Shown: positions 26,382 to 35,904, counted from the stretch's first letter. The stretch is 52,932 nt of DNA from a virus (IMGVR_UViG_3300045988_134091:1-52932); one strand, 5' to 3'. Made by a program: numbers and translations. The notes: generated from the sequence alone by a model not told the origin.

Positions 26382-26743
26382 ACCTTCCCCAACCTTTCCA
26401 TAAGTCTTTCAAACCCAGGCATAATTTCAAATGCTCCCACGTATTCGATTGCCTGGGGAATAATGCTGAATCGTTTTTCGTTGGCCAGCTCCAACCAGAT
26501 ACCATAGTCAACTCCGTGGGCCAAGTAGATTCTGTAGCCTGTTTCAGACTTGCCTACATATCCAGTGAGCCTCTGCCGGGCATGACCAGTTCGGTCTGTC
26601 CAACGGCGGTTTTCTTTGGCAAAGTTTTCAAGCTGGCGTGCTCCTTGTTCGGCATACATACGGATGGCCAAATCAGCTTTGTCCTGAGCCCCAATGAGCC
26701 CATTGGCCAGTTTGCTGATATCAAGTCGAAACCCGTTGGCCAT
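26378..26743 (-). CDS. HK97 gp10-like head-tail component
   Basis: RWTDRTGHARQRLTGYV...YGIWLE pattern; ATG 26743 lies inside track ORF 26378-26869. Confidence 0.5.
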   Translation of the reverse strand: MANGFRLDISKLANGLIGAQDKADLAIRMYAEQGARQLENFAKENRRWTDRTGHARQRLTGYVGKSETGYRIYLAHGVDYGIWLELANEKRFSIIPQAIEYVGAFEIMPGFERLMERLGKV

Positions 26744-27104
26744 TCGTCTGCACCTCCTCAAGAGAAATGTCACCGACAATATTGACCTCAGAGATGTTTT
26801 TGACCTCTCCCACCTTGTAGGTTTTCCCATTGAAGGAAAGCTCATCAGTGTGTAGGATTTTCTGAGCATCTTCCCACAGACACAGAATCATGGGGGAAGG
26901 TTTCTGCCGGATTGTAGTGGATTCAGTTGCAGTCTTGGACAAGAAACTTGTAGTTTCGTGATATACCCCTACAATATCAACAGATTCGGTCTGTCCGTTG
27001 GGTTCACCAAACTCGTTTGTTTCTTTCCTCTGAAAACTGAAGTGCTGCCCTTGAGTATTGATGAGACGGCGCACTTTGTTCAGTTGAAAAGATACAGCAT
27101 CCAC
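26721..27104 (-). CDS. Head closure / head-tail joining protein candidate
   Basis: GTG 27104 lies 7 nt after aaggaggg, right after the upstream stop; gene order. Confidence 0.4.
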   Translation of the reverse strand: MDAVSFQLNKVRRLINTQGQHFSFQRKETNEFGEPNGQTESVDIVGVYHETTSFLSKTATESTTIRQKPSPMILCLWEDAQKILHTDELSFNGKTYKVGEVKNISEVNIVGDISLEEVQTNGQRVST

Positions 27105-27105
27105 A

Positions 27106-27363
27106 TCAATACCCTCCTTGTAGCACGCCAGAATTGTAAGGCCGATACTTTGCCGCAAGTCTGCGGAAGTACTTGGAGCTGTCCCCGGCACTGAGGCCGG
27201 ACACGGAGAGGGTTGTGTCCTCAGCTTTGATGAGCAGACACTGGTATGCCGTGGCATTGTAGTCCCCGCCATTCTCTTTGAGGTAGAAGTTCAGCTGTTC
27301 ATCGGTAAAGAACGGCACATCAGCCTCTCTGAGCACAAGTTTGAGTTCTTCCATGCTGCTCAT
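27106..27363 (-). CDS. Head-tail connector candidate
   Basis: Gene order; 85 aa. Confidence 0.35.
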   Translation of the reverse strand: MSSMEELKLVLREADVPFFTDEQLNFYLKENGGDYNATAYQCLLIKAEDTTLSVSGLSAGDSSKYFRRLAAKYRPYNSGVLQGGY

Positions 27364-27376
27364 GATTTTGCCTCCT

Positions 27377-27763
27377 TTACTTCTTCAGGTGTTCCCGGAT
27401 GAGGGCACGCAGCTCCTTTTTGGAGCGGATGCCATCGTGGTCCAGTTCCAGCTGGTCGGCGTACTCATTGAGCTGGTCAAAGCTCATCTCACCCAGAGGG
27501 ATTTCCGACAGGTCAACATCGTCCTCGGTGTCGTCATCGTCATCCTCGTCTTCGTCCTTCGGGGCATCGATGTCCTGCCGCAATTCCTGCTGAGAGGAAT
27601 GGCCGGGGTGGCCAGTTTCGGGGGTGGGGTGGGTAGTTACCACCCCGGCCTCCTCGTGGCCATCCTCACCATCTACGGCGTGGAAACCGTTAGGCTCATA
27701 GAAGGACTTGAACGCGCCCTTTGTAACCATGAGGGTTACAGTCCCATTAGTGACCTGGAGCAT
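27377..27763 (-). CDS. Protein with acidic linker and C-terminal Rho_N/HeH-like domain
   Basis: MSFDQLNEYADQLELDHDGIRSKKELRALIREHL; DEDEDDDDDTEDD linker. Confidence 0.5.
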   Translation of the reverse strand: MLQVTNGTVTLMVTKGAFKSFYEPNGFHAVDGEDGHEEAGVVTTHPTPETGHPGHSSQQELRQDIDAPKDEDEDDDDDTEDDVDLSEIPLGEMSFDQLNEYADQLELDHDGIRSKKELRALIREHLKK

Positions 27764-27782
27764 GTTCTTGTACCCCCTTTAC

Positions 27783-28823
27783 TCAGGATGCAATGACATC
27801 CAGGATGTACACGCTGTCCGCAGCCTCAAAGGAAGGCAGGCAAATCATGGTCACCTTAGTTTCCACATTCACCGGGTCAGCCTTTTCAATGGTGGTTACA
27901 GCCACACCCACATCAGTGAGGGAGACATTGGCCACCTTGCCACCCATCAGATCGGATTCTTCCGGGGTGGTGCCGAACCAGGTGGTGCCCAGATTACCCG
28001 CAGGGAACAGAACCACAGTGTCATCAGGAACAAACTGAGTAGCAGTGCCGGCATCGTTTTTGTAACGCTTGCCATACACAATCAGCTCCAGACCCAGCTC
28101 ATCCATCAGATACTGGCTCAGGCGGGCATCAGACAGGGCAGACACCTGACCGTTGGACAGGACAAAGATGGACTTGATGATTTTCTCGTTTTTGCGCAGA
28201 TAACCCCAAGTCTTGCGGGTGCAGACACCGCGGGTGGGACGGATGCCAGTGTCATCCTCAATCTTGTCCATGGCAGTGCGCATATCCTCGATGGGATCGG
28301 AAGTCGTGGTGCTCCAAGAAGTGGTCACCTCAGACTTGTGGTCAGCGGGCATGCCATAGTCATAATTGTAAGCCTGGCCATTGGCCGTGATGGCGATAGC
28401 ACCAGTGGTCAGGGCCATCATGCGCATTTCCTCACGGCGGGCACGAGCACCTTCCAGCAGGTGAGTCTCATCGGCAAACACCCGGCGCACAACAGCGTCA
28501 ATGTAAGCCTGATTGCCGGTTTCCAGCACCATGTTCAGCTCCTGGCGCAGTTCCTCATCCACATAGGTGGATTCTTTGAAGAACGGCATCTGAGTGGACA
28601 GTTTGTCGAAACCGATGCGGGCACGGGGAACAGCGCCAGCATCAAAGGCAGAGGGCTTCAGAACAACGGGCAGACCGTTGGCGCCCTTGATCCAATCCAG
28701 CTTCAGGCCCAGCTTCTTGTCGGCGGGGAACAGTTCCTCACCCAGATACGGGGGCATGTCCTGGATATGTTCTTCCCAGTAGGAAGTCAGCTCAGGGGCT
28801 TTGATGAGGTCAAAGATAGACAT
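27783..28823 (-). CDS. Major capsid protein (lambda gpE-like family)
   Basis: MSIFDLIKAPELTSYWEE...LPVVLKPSAFDAG... pattern; aaggagg RBS; follows scaffold and decoration genes. Confidence 0.85.
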   Translation of the reverse strand: MSIFDLIKAPELTSYWEEHIQDMPPYLGEELFPADKKLGLKLDWIKGANGLPVVLKPSAFDAGAVPRARIGFDKLSTQMPFFKESTYVDEELRQELNMVLETGNQAYIDAVVRRVFADETHLLEGARARREEMRMMALTTGAIAITANGQAYNYDYGMPADHKSEVTTSWSTTTSDPIEDMRTAMDKIEDDTGIRPTRGVCTRKTWGYLRKNEKIIKSIFVLSNGQVSALSDARLSQYLMDELGLELIVYGKRYKNDAGTATQFVPDDTVVLFPAGNLGTTWFGTTPEESDLMGGKVANVSLTDVGVAVTTIEKADPVNVETKVTMICLPSFEAADSVYILDVIAS

Positions 28824-28856
28824 ATATTGTTTCCTCCTTTTCTACAGTTGTGTTGG

Positions 28857-29270
28857 TTAGTCCTTCAGGAACCAGACCTTACCAGCCAGCTCGGTCTTGC
28901 GGCTGTCGGTAATCTTAGCCGCAGTGGTAGAATCCACACGGGACAGATTCACGAAACCCCAAATGAGCAGGGTGGCATTGGCGGCGTCATCAGTGACATC
29001 CACATCGTGGAGCAGGATGCCCACGGCGGGCTTGGCATCGCCAGCACTGCCAGTGGAATCATCCGCAGCGGCAACGAAAGCTGTGCCACGAGCCGTTAGG
29101 TCACCGTTCAGGGGAGTGCCAGCCTTCACAATCTTGCGGCCATTCTCGGTGACCGCACCTGCGAAGTTCTTGGCCAGCTTGATGCCCACAGACATCTGAT
29201 TCTGCACATTGAACAGAATCTGAACCGGGGCAGCGCCAGTAGTTTTCTTGATACCAGACTGATTGAGCAT
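28857..29270 (-). CDS. Head decoration protein candidate
   Basis: Lies between the scaffold and capsid genes; 137 aa; aaggagg RBS. Confidence 0.45.
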   Translation of the reverse strand: MLNQSGIKKTTGAAPVQILFNVQNQMSVGIKLAKNFAGAVTENGRKIVKAGTPLNGDLTARGTAFVAAADDSTGSAGDAKPAVGILLHDVDVTDDAANATLLIWGFVNLSRVDSTTAAKITDSRKTELAGKVWFLKD

Positions 29271-29291
29271 GTTGTTTTCCTCCTTATGTTG

Positions 29292-29915
29292 TTAGTTTTT
29301 GAAATAAGAACTTTTGGCTGTGGGCTTGTTGACCTTTGCCAGTCTCTGACCCAGGCCTTCAGTCCCAGCCGGGGGCTTGCGGGGCGGATTGTTGGAACGG
29401 CCAGTGCCGGAACCACCAGAGGTTTCTGCGAAAAAAGACGGATATTTGGTCTTGAATTCCTCCATGACCTTCTCCACAGGCATAGTTTCGGAAACTTTGG
29501 ACTGAGCCAGGACGATGACATCATCCAAAAACTCAGGGTTGACTCCAGCAGCCAGTGCAGCCACCTTCATCTCCAGCTTGGCTGCCTTGGTCTCAGCCTC
29601 AGCCTTTGCGGTCTCAGCCGCAGCCTTGGCTTCAGCATCCAGCTGTGCCTGGGTTTTACCCGCATCAAGGGTGGCTTTGATGTTCTTCATGGTGTCCTTG
29701 AAATTCTTGTCGTCCTTGATGTCAAACCCCAGTTCTTTGAGAATTGCCTGACGGGCAGTGCGCTTCTCGTTGGCCATCATGGAGTTTAGCTGCTCCTGCG
29801 TGTAAGTTTTCCCAGAAGTAGGTTCAGCCGGGGGCTCAGCGGGAGCTGCGGAAGGTGCGAGGGGCTCAGTGGTGGGTGTAGTGGGTGTCGTTGCGTCTTT
29901 GATGGGTTCTGCCAT
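29292..29915 (-). CDS. Scaffolding protein
   Basis: taaggagg lies upstream of ATG 29915; Ala/Lys/Glu-rich coiled coil AEAKAAAETAKAEAETKAAKLE. Confidence 0.7.
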   Translation of the reverse strand: MAEPIKDATTPTTPTTEPLAPSAAPAEPPAEPTSGKTYTQEQLNSMMANEKRTARQAILKELGFDIKDDKNFKDTMKNIKATLDAGKTQAQLDAEAKAAAETAKAEAETKAAKLEMKVAALAAGVNPEFLDDVIVLAQSKVSETMPVEKVMEEFKTKYPSFFAETSGGSGTGRSNNPPRKPPAGTEGLGQRLAKVNKPTAKSSYFKN

Positions 29916-29943
29916 TGTTCGTTCCTCCTTATGATATCCATGC

Positions 29944-30354
29944 TCACCGTGCATGGTAACGGTAATCCAGTTGAATTGTATCACCCTCAGACTGGTAAAG
30001 GGCACCATTAAACTTCTCCGCCAACTGATGGCGTTTGAAGTCTAATTTCCGATTTAGTTCTGTATACTTCCCTTGAAGCTTCCGGGGGATGGGCTTCTGT
30101 TTCCCGTAAAACTTCATGCGGCGCACCATGCAACCCTTGAGCTCATGGAGAATGGGAAGTGTTTCTGCGTCATCCATGATAACAGGGTATCTTTTTCCGC
30201 AGCTAGGGCAACACAGATAGGTCAGGACAACATCATGGGTTAGACCGTCTTTCTCAAGTGTGACATTCTCCTCCTTGAGTGTGTCCCGGCTGACCTGAAA
30301 CTGTTGGTGACAAAGGTCACAAACCGTATTGTTGTCAGGCAGAATGTTCTTCAT
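29944..30354 (-). CDS. Zinc-ribbon protein
   Basis: CDLCHQ...CCPSCGK. Confidence 0.5.
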   Translation of the reverse strand: MKNILPDNNTVCDLCHQQFQVSRDTLKEENVTLEKDGLTHDVVLTYLCCPSCGKRYPVIMDDAETLPILHELKGCMVRRMKFYGKQKPIPRKLQGKYTELNRKLDFKRHQLAEKFNGALYQSEGDTIQLDYRYHAR

Positions 30355-30512
30355 AGGTTTACTCCTTCTTTTTCAGCTTTTGCATAATCGGCAAGGAACT
30401 CATAAAATGCTTTTTTCACTTGTTCGGGAGCAGTGTCTTTCACTTTCCAGTCACCAAAGTCGAACTCTATGTACTCTTCTGTTAGGAAAGGCAAATCTTT
30501 TGAAGATAGCAT
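30351..30512 (-). CDS. Small acidic protein (53 aa), coupled on both sides; candidate immunity/antidote to the MuF C-terminal domain
   Basis: Hand translation MLSSKDLPFLTEEYIEFDFGDWKVKDTAPEQVKKAFYEFLADYAKAEKEGVNL; TGATG overlap with the MuF stop and ATGA overlap with the next gene. Confidence 0.45.
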   Translation of the reverse strand: MLSSKDLPFLTEEYIEFDFGDWKVKDTAPEQVKKAFYEFLADYAKAEKEGVNL

Positions 30513-32146
30513 CACTCTACACCTCCAAGAAGGATTTCAATTTGTTTTCCAAGTGACACTGCTGCTTTACTTGGATTTTCACTTGTTATGTACTCCGAAA
30601 ACAGCTCTGCAAAGCACTCTCTCTCATTCTTTGATGCATAGGTGCTGATTTTCAGTTTCACCTGGTTCTCTTTGATTCCCCCTGCTTTCAGAGCTTTCTT
30701 TACAACATCAGAAGATATTGTATCTTTCCCTAGGCTTCTTCCAATGTACCCATCCAAGGCATGACCAAACTCGTGAGCAATTATTCCTGTGGCATTTGTA
30801 CCCTCCGGGTGAAGCCCTATGAATATATCATACTTGTAAGATTTTTTGACCTTGTCCCAATCAGAAAAATATGCTTTGCTCAGGCTTATACCACCATCTG
30901 TAGTTGTCCTGCAGTTTGCATACACTCCTTTTCTCAGCTCCTTCACTTCTGGAGCAGGGAATTTTCCTACCAGTGATGGGTATCTTTTAAACAGGGTATC
31001 ATACATTTCTCCTACTGCTCTTGCGCTTTCTACATCGCAACCTCTCATGTAGGTTTTCGTCTTGAACCATTTTGATTCATTGAATACCTTGTCTATGTCT
31101 TTTATTGAAGAAGCCTCCTGAAGTCGTTTCTGTGTAGGCTTAGAGGGGGCCTGTTTGCTAGTGCTTTCTCTTATACGTTTATGTGTTGGTGCTGAAGTCC
31201 CTTTCAAGTCAGCAGCCCAAGTATCAAGAGCCTCGTCAGGTGCACCCTGAGCCCAGTCAGCAATCCTGTCTGCTGTGTCAGTCATACTGTTTTCAATGAC
31301 AGCGATGAATGTACACATACCGTTGGGATGGTCCAGCGGGAGATCTGTTTTGGAGTATTCAACTCCATCACGCTCTGCACAAATCTCGCATGTGCGTGCG
31401 CCTCCTGCGGATACCCATTTGTATTTTGTGACAAAGGGGTTTTTCTGTGTGGTTCTCACAAAGCTCTGTTGATAAGCATGTGAAACCATTGTGCGGGCAA
31501 GTCTTTGAGCACTATAGTCAACTTTTCTGGCCGTTCCCGGATAGACTTTAGACCAGCCCCAATCCTTCCTGGCTGAAGGGTCAACATACTTCTCCAAATC
31601 CTTGGCAATGTCGTAGGCACTTTTGTTCTGAGCAATACCCTGGGCAACCACATTCTGGACATCTCTCTGTGTCCTCTTGGTGTTTTTCCATAGTGCCCTG
31701 CTCAGGCTCCATTTACCCTCATAGAGCTGTCCTGTAGCCACAGCACGCACAACCTCATCGGGAACATGGGAGAAAGCACCCTGTACAGGCATACCAACTT
31801 CTTTCAAGAAGTCAATATTGTCTCCTACAACAGCCTCAGCTGTTTTCTTCATGTTGCCCTTAACAGTGGATTCAATCTCACCTCGGATTTTGTCCAGCTC
31901 CTTGTTGAGCTGATTCTGAAGCTGACTGAGATACTGTTTTCTGAGTGCATCTGATGGCACCCTGGGGGCTTTCTCAGCTTGCTTGGCTACTTCCTTGGCT
32001 GCATTCTCATACAGCCTCTGAATCTGCTTCTGTTGGGCAGCTGTAAGCCGTACACGCTCTTGTTCCGCAGCTCTGAGGTTCAGTTTTCCGGTGCTCCGGG
32101 TCATGTGTTGTTTTACAGTCTTGCTTGAAAAGTCGGCTGTAGACAA
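30512..32146 (-). CDS. MuF / SPP1 gp7-like minor head protein with C-terminal HExxH zincin-like domain
   Basis: GGARTCEICAERDGV (Mu F motif) in the first two thirds; C-terminal GIIAHEFGHALD...NERECFAELFSEY. Confidence 0.8.
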   Translation of the reverse strand: MSTADFSSKTVKQHMTRSTGKLNLRAAEQERVRLTAAQQKQIQRLYENAAKEVAKQAEKAPRVPSDALRKQYLSQLQNQLNKELDKIRGEIESTVKGNMKKTAEAVVGDNIDFLKEVGMPVQGAFSHVPDEVVRAVATGQLYEGKWSLSRALWKNTKRTQRDVQNVVAQGIAQNKSAYDIAKDLEKYVDPSARKDWGWSKVYPGTARKVDYSAQRLARTMVSHAYQQSFVRTTQKNPFVTKYKWVSAGGARTCEICAERDGVEYSKTDLPLDHPNGMCTFIAVIENSMTDTADRIADWAQGAPDEALDTWAADLKGTSAPTHKRIRESTSKQAPSKPTQKRLQEASSIKDIDKVFNESKWFKTKTYMRGCDVESARAVGEMYDTLFKRYPSLVGKFPAPEVKELRKGVYANCRTTTDGGISLSKAYFSDWDKVKKSYKYDIFIGLHPEGTNATGIIAHEFGHALDGYIGRSLGKDTISSDVVKKALKAGGIKENQVKLKISTYASKNERECFAELFSEYITSENPSKAAVSLGKQIEILLGGVE

Positions 32147-32170
32147 AACAGGTCACCTCTCCTCCCAGGA

Positions 32171-33121
32171 TTAAGTTGCGTGGCCCCCAAGCATTCTGTG
32201 CACGATCACCAGCGTCCGCATCATATCCATGGACAGAGCGAGATTGCCATCCCCAGTACCTCTAAGTGTACCATCATTGACGAATGCCTGCAAGCTATCA
32301 AGCGCCCAATCGGGCACATCAGTCACCTTGCCATCAACGATACGGCCATAGGTTTTGTGATTCGCATCCGCCATGCGCTTCATCACATAAAACATTCGCA
32401 CCATATCGGTGGACAGATCAAGATTGCCGCCACCCGTCCCGGCGATAAGACCTTCATTCATCATTTCTTTGATCGTGCCACGTGCCCAGCCGGGCACATC
32501 GTCAATGCTGTTGTATCTCATAACATCTTCCTCCTCATCGTTATCGTTGTTGATGCAGTGCATCGCATTGTAGACATCGCGTCGGAACATATCCATCGTC
32601 AGGCCAAAAGCGCTCCAGAGATGTGCGGGATCGGCGTGGGGACTAGCAACGCCACGCATACGTCCTTCTGCATGACTGATAATCACGCCGTCAGCCAAGG
32701 GGTCAAGGCCAAACTGGTCACAAAGCTGTGCAAAAAGCGGCACGGCTGCGGCGTAAGTACCTTTTACATGCGTTTCGGTTGCTGTAGGATCAAGATCGCG
32801 CCACTCAGCGCCATGACCAGTGTAGACGATAGATGCAGGCTCGGTCATCTCGATACCGATGTGCGTGCTGTTGGCGCTCCCGCCACAATGCCACGCTTGA
32901 ACAGTCCATGGCAGTGTCTGGTATACTGTGCCATCCCGCTGCACAAAAGCATGGACGCAAACAGATTGGCCATTTGGCCTGTACTGATTGTAACTTTGTG
33001 CCATGACGGATGCATTAGGTTGAGGGCACCCAATGCTATGTAGCATAATGCCGCGTGGTTTAAGTGGCGTACCAATCTGGTAGCACCTATTTCTGGTTGT
33101 AAATGCCTTGATGATCTTCAT
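32171..33121 (-). CDS. Endolysin: N-acetylmuramoyl-L-alanine amidase (Amidase_2/PGRP) with two C-terminal SLH-like repeats
   Basis: IMLHSIGCPQ, WHCGGSANSTHIGIEMTEP, HAEG; repeats DVPGWARGTIKEMMNEGLIAGTGGGNLDLS and DVPDWALDSLQAFVNDGTLRGTGDGNLALS. Confidence 0.85.
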   Translation of the reverse strand: MKIIKAFTTRNRCYQIGTPLKPRGIMLHSIGCPQPNASVMAQSYNQYRPNGQSVCVHAFVQRDGTVYQTLPWTVQAWHCGGSANSTHIGIEMTEPASIVYTGHGAEWRDLDPTATETHVKGTYAAAVPLFAQLCDQFGLDPLADGVIISHAEGRMRGVASPHADPAHLWSAFGLTMDMFRRDVYNAMHCINNDNDEEEDVMRYNSIDDVPGWARGTIKEMMNEGLIAGTGGGNLDLSTDMVRMFYVMKRMADANHKTYGRIVDGKVTDVPDWALDSLQAFVNDGTLRGTGDGNLALSMDMMRTLVIVHRMLGGHAT

Positions 33122-33194
33122 TCCGTTGCCCCCTTGTTTTCCCTTCTCCTGGATGATTTCAAGCCCATTCTTCATCAGTCATTTAAGCGCCTCC

Positions 33195-35117
33195 TCATGG
33201 GATCGGTTCGTTGATGGTAGCGATAACTGCCGACGCATCAGTGCAGATCAGACTTACGCGGATGTAATGCTCTGCGGATGCTGTGACCGTGACGATGTCT
33301 CCGCTGCTGGTAAAATGAAGACTATTCCATGCATACCCGTTGTATAGGTAGCCCGCGCTTATAAACATTGCTGTTGCGCTATATGCCACCGCTATGCTGT
33401 GCCCATCGTTCGCTGCAGGAAGGCTCACACCCTTGATACGAAGTGTATCGCCAGCTTTCAGGTGGATCAAGCTTGTAGCGTTCATATTTGCGCCAATCGT
33501 CGCCCAGCCCGCTTGCGCTTTGTTCGTACCGCTCCCTGCGCTCAACCTTGTGTCTGCAGAGATTCCGACTGTATCAAGGATGTTTGTAACGGTCGCAGCG
33601 CATGTAATTACAATATTGCCCGTTACCTTGGCAATAGTGATCGTGTTCCCGGACACCGCCGACGCGGAAATATCTGTTCCACCCATTGTGACAGTGATCG
33701 CACCGAGCTTCTTGTATGTTCCCGTCGGAGAGAGCATCGTTGTGTAAGCTGCACCCTCGGCAATGGTATTCGCCGTGTTAGACGATGCGCAGTTGATCAG
33801 ATTGCGTGTGATACTGTAATGTACAGTCGGCGCAGAGGCCGCCGCAGTAATCGTTATTGCCCCCGTTACATTGGCGATGTTGATTGCGCCGCTTCCGGCC
33901 GAATAAGCAGTGGCCGTTATATCAACGCCGCCCATTTTGATCACTACCGACGTGATCGTCTTCCCGTTATCCGCCGAGAGTACTGCAGTATAAGCATCCC
34001 CATAGTCTACCTGCGCTGCGCCATTGCTAATACTGCATCCTGTGAGATTTTTTGTAATTGATTGATACCAGTGCAACACTTCGGGCGTCCCATTGATCAT
34101 AGCCGCGCGGTAAGCGTTGATGTAGGCCATCGACATTCCGCACGTTCCCACGGCAAAATGCACGCATTTGTCACGGAACGTGTCTCCGGAAACGGCGTTG
34201 ATCGCATTGATAAGCCCCTTCCACTCTGGCTCATTACGGCGGCGGGCAAGTGCGTCTGTCCCGGAGCCGGAATAAAAGGTAGTCAACTCGTAGTCTTTGT
34301 CGATGTCGGACTGGCTCATGCCGAGCAGCCCCTCCAGCACGCAGGCCAGCGTGCCTGTACGGTCCGCACCTGCGGTGCAGTGAAAATATACCGGCTCACG
34401 ATGCGTCACTGCGTCGATAACGCATCGAAGATAGAGCTGCCACGTTGCAACCGGCGTCAGCGCGTAGGACGCCGCCTTGTCAGCAATTGTAAACCGTACA
34501 TCGTTACCAAGCGGGGATTCCGTTGCAACGTCACCGTCGGACGGATCGCGTCCCTCTTTGCCTCTGAGGTCGATTTCATGCTGCACACCGAACTGGCCAA
34601 CCAGCACCGCCCGGTCTGCTGCAGAGATACGCCCGCCGCGAATCAGCAGTCCATATTTCACCGTGCCGCCGTCACAAGCCCAGCCACCAAGGTCGCGTAC
34701 ATTCCACGCCTCGGCGGAGTTGTCCCGCGTGCGAATCCATCTTAATGCGTCCAGCGGTTTGAGCGTCCCAGCTTTCCCGCCAGAGGCAAATGGCGTGAGC
34801 ACATTTGGCACTTCGTTGTAGTACGTAACGCCGCCAACCGTCTGCCCGATGGGCTTGTAATTGCTCACTATCGCTGTTGCGGGGGCATAATTTGCAATTT
34901 GAGATGTGCTGTAATCGCCGGGGTCATAGGTCACGTTGGCCAGATAATGACGCACCGCCTCTGGGCACTGATGCCACTCGAATGCTTCACTCCCAGAAAG
35001 CGCCCGCACAGCATCTGCCATATCAGCAACTTTGTACTTCAGCGTGGACCCGTTTTTTTCGCGGATAGCATCTGCGATGTCCTGTATGGAAGCTTCTTCG
35101 TAAAGCTTCTTTGCCAT
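33195..35117 (-). CDS. Structural (fibre-like) protein containing a CX5R protein-tyrosine-phosphatase-like domain
   Basis: VYFHCTAGADRTGTLACV (HCxxGxxRT P-loop); N-terminal IADAIREKNGS...MADAVRAL fibre-type motif; two Ig-like repeats (MGGVDITATAYS / MGGTDISASAVS). Confidence 0.7.
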   Translation of the reverse strand: MAKKLYEEASIQDIADAIREKNGSTLKYKVADMADAVRALSGSEAFEWHQCPEAVRHYLANVTYDPGDYSTSQIANYAPATAIVSNYKPIGQTVGGVTYYNEVPNVLTPFASGGKAGTLKPLDALRWIRTRDNSAEAWNVRDLGGWACDGGTVKYGLLIRGGRISAADRAVLVGQFGVQHEIDLRGKEGRDPSDGDVATESPLGNDVRFTIADKAASYALTPVATWQLYLRCVIDAVTHREPVYFHCTAGADRTGTLACVLEGLLGMSQSDIDKDYELTTFYSGSGTDALARRRNEPEWKGLINAINAVSGDTFRDKCVHFAVGTCGMSMAYINAYRAAMINGTPEVLHWYQSITKNLTGCSISNGAAQVDYGDAYTAVLSADNGKTITSVVIKMGGVDITATAYSAGSGAINIANVTGAITITAAASAPTVHYSITRNLINCASSNTANTIAEGAAYTTMLSPTGTYKKLGAITVTMGGTDISASAVSGNTITIAKVTGNIVITCAATVTNILDTVGISADTRLSAGSGTNKAQAGWATIGANMNATSLIHLKAGDTLRIKGVSLPAANDGHSIAVAYSATAMFISAGYLYNGYAWNSLHFTSSGDIVTVTASAEHYIRVSLICTDASAVIATINEPIP

Positions 35118-35278
35118 CAGTAGCTCACCTCATCCCCATTGAGAATTGTGCCAGTAATGCGCTCACCAGCTGCGTTGTGGGCGGTTGTCCCGAATACCAT
35201 CTTATCCGGTGTTACGCTGTCACTGGAAACGTCCAATAGGATCGTTCCATTTGAAAGTTGTACTTTGTTGTTTGCCAT
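35117..35278 (-). CDS. Small ORF (53 aa), paralog of the N-terminus of 35314-35904
   Basis: gaggag RBS; MANNKVQLSNGTILLDVSSDSVTPDKMVFGTTAHNAAGERITGTI compared with MADKYNSKVVLASGEVLMDLTGDDITAADLAKGKKAHDKTGAPIVGT; ATGA overlap with the next gene. Confidence 0.45.
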   Translation of the reverse strand: MANNKVQLSNGTILLDVSSDSVTPDKMVFGTTAHNAAGERITGTILNGDEVSY

Positions 35279-35313
35279 TGCGCATCTCCTCTTTTCGGGG
35301 GCAGACCCATCCG

Positions 35314-35904
35314 TTATCCGATCGTGACCGTTTGACCACCCTGCGGATTGTCGGCATACTTAACCGGAATAGCGCCCACAGTCACCTGAGACAGATAGTT
35401 ATATGTGGGGCTGTCGGGGGCAATGACCTGCTGCTTGAACGATGGAGTTACAGTCTTGGCCTGTGCCTTTGCACCCTCGGTGCCGGACATGGTTCCCTCA
35501 ACACCCAGAATCGAAATGCCCTGACGGATGTTGTTAGGGAGAATCTTTGCCGCCTCGGTTGGGTCAATCTGTGCAGCGCCACTGCCATCATGATAGCCAT
35601 GAGGAATGGGGATAGAAACGCCCTTTTTGGCAACATTCAAAGTCTTTGCGCCGTTGTTGGGCATGGTACCAGTAACCTTGGCCCCGGTCACATACGCTGT
35701 TTTACCGAGCAGAATTTCTGCTGCTCCCGCATTGGCATCACTGGTATCAGCATCCTTTGTGCTTGTACCCACAATCGGAGCACCAGTTTTGTCATGAGCT
35801 TTCTTGCCTTTCGCAAGGTCAGCAGCGGTAATGTCATCCCCGGTCAAATCCATCAGGACTTCTCCAGATGCCAGGACCACTTTGCTGTTGTACTTGTCAG
35901 CCAT
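35314..35904 (-). CDS. Fibre-associated structural protein
   Basis: ILLGKTAYVTGAKVTGTMPNNGA motif; C-terminal NPQGGQTVTIG shared with 35897-36148. Confidence 0.5.
   Translation of the reverse strand: MADKYNSKVVLASGEVLMDLTGDDITAADLAKGKKAHDKTGAPIVGTSTKDADTSDANAGAAEILLGKTAYVTGAKVTGTMPNNGAKTLNVAKKGVSIPIPHGYHDGSGAAQIDPTEAAKILPNNIRQGISILGVEGTMSGTEGAKAQAKTVTPSFKQQVIAPDSPTYNYLSQVTVGAIPVKYADNPQGGQTVTIG

Noticed and set aside
27708-29099. 463-aa + strand ORF, with similar long antisense ORFs at 24913-26037, 32180-33043, 35185-35976, 36208-37056 and 16054-16869
   Set aside because: All are antisense to - strand structural genes that have strong RBSs, recognisable families (capsid, tail, amidase, portal) and operon continuity. 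The products are G/H/R/L-rich with no motifs. These are typical shadow ORFs of GC3-biased genes.
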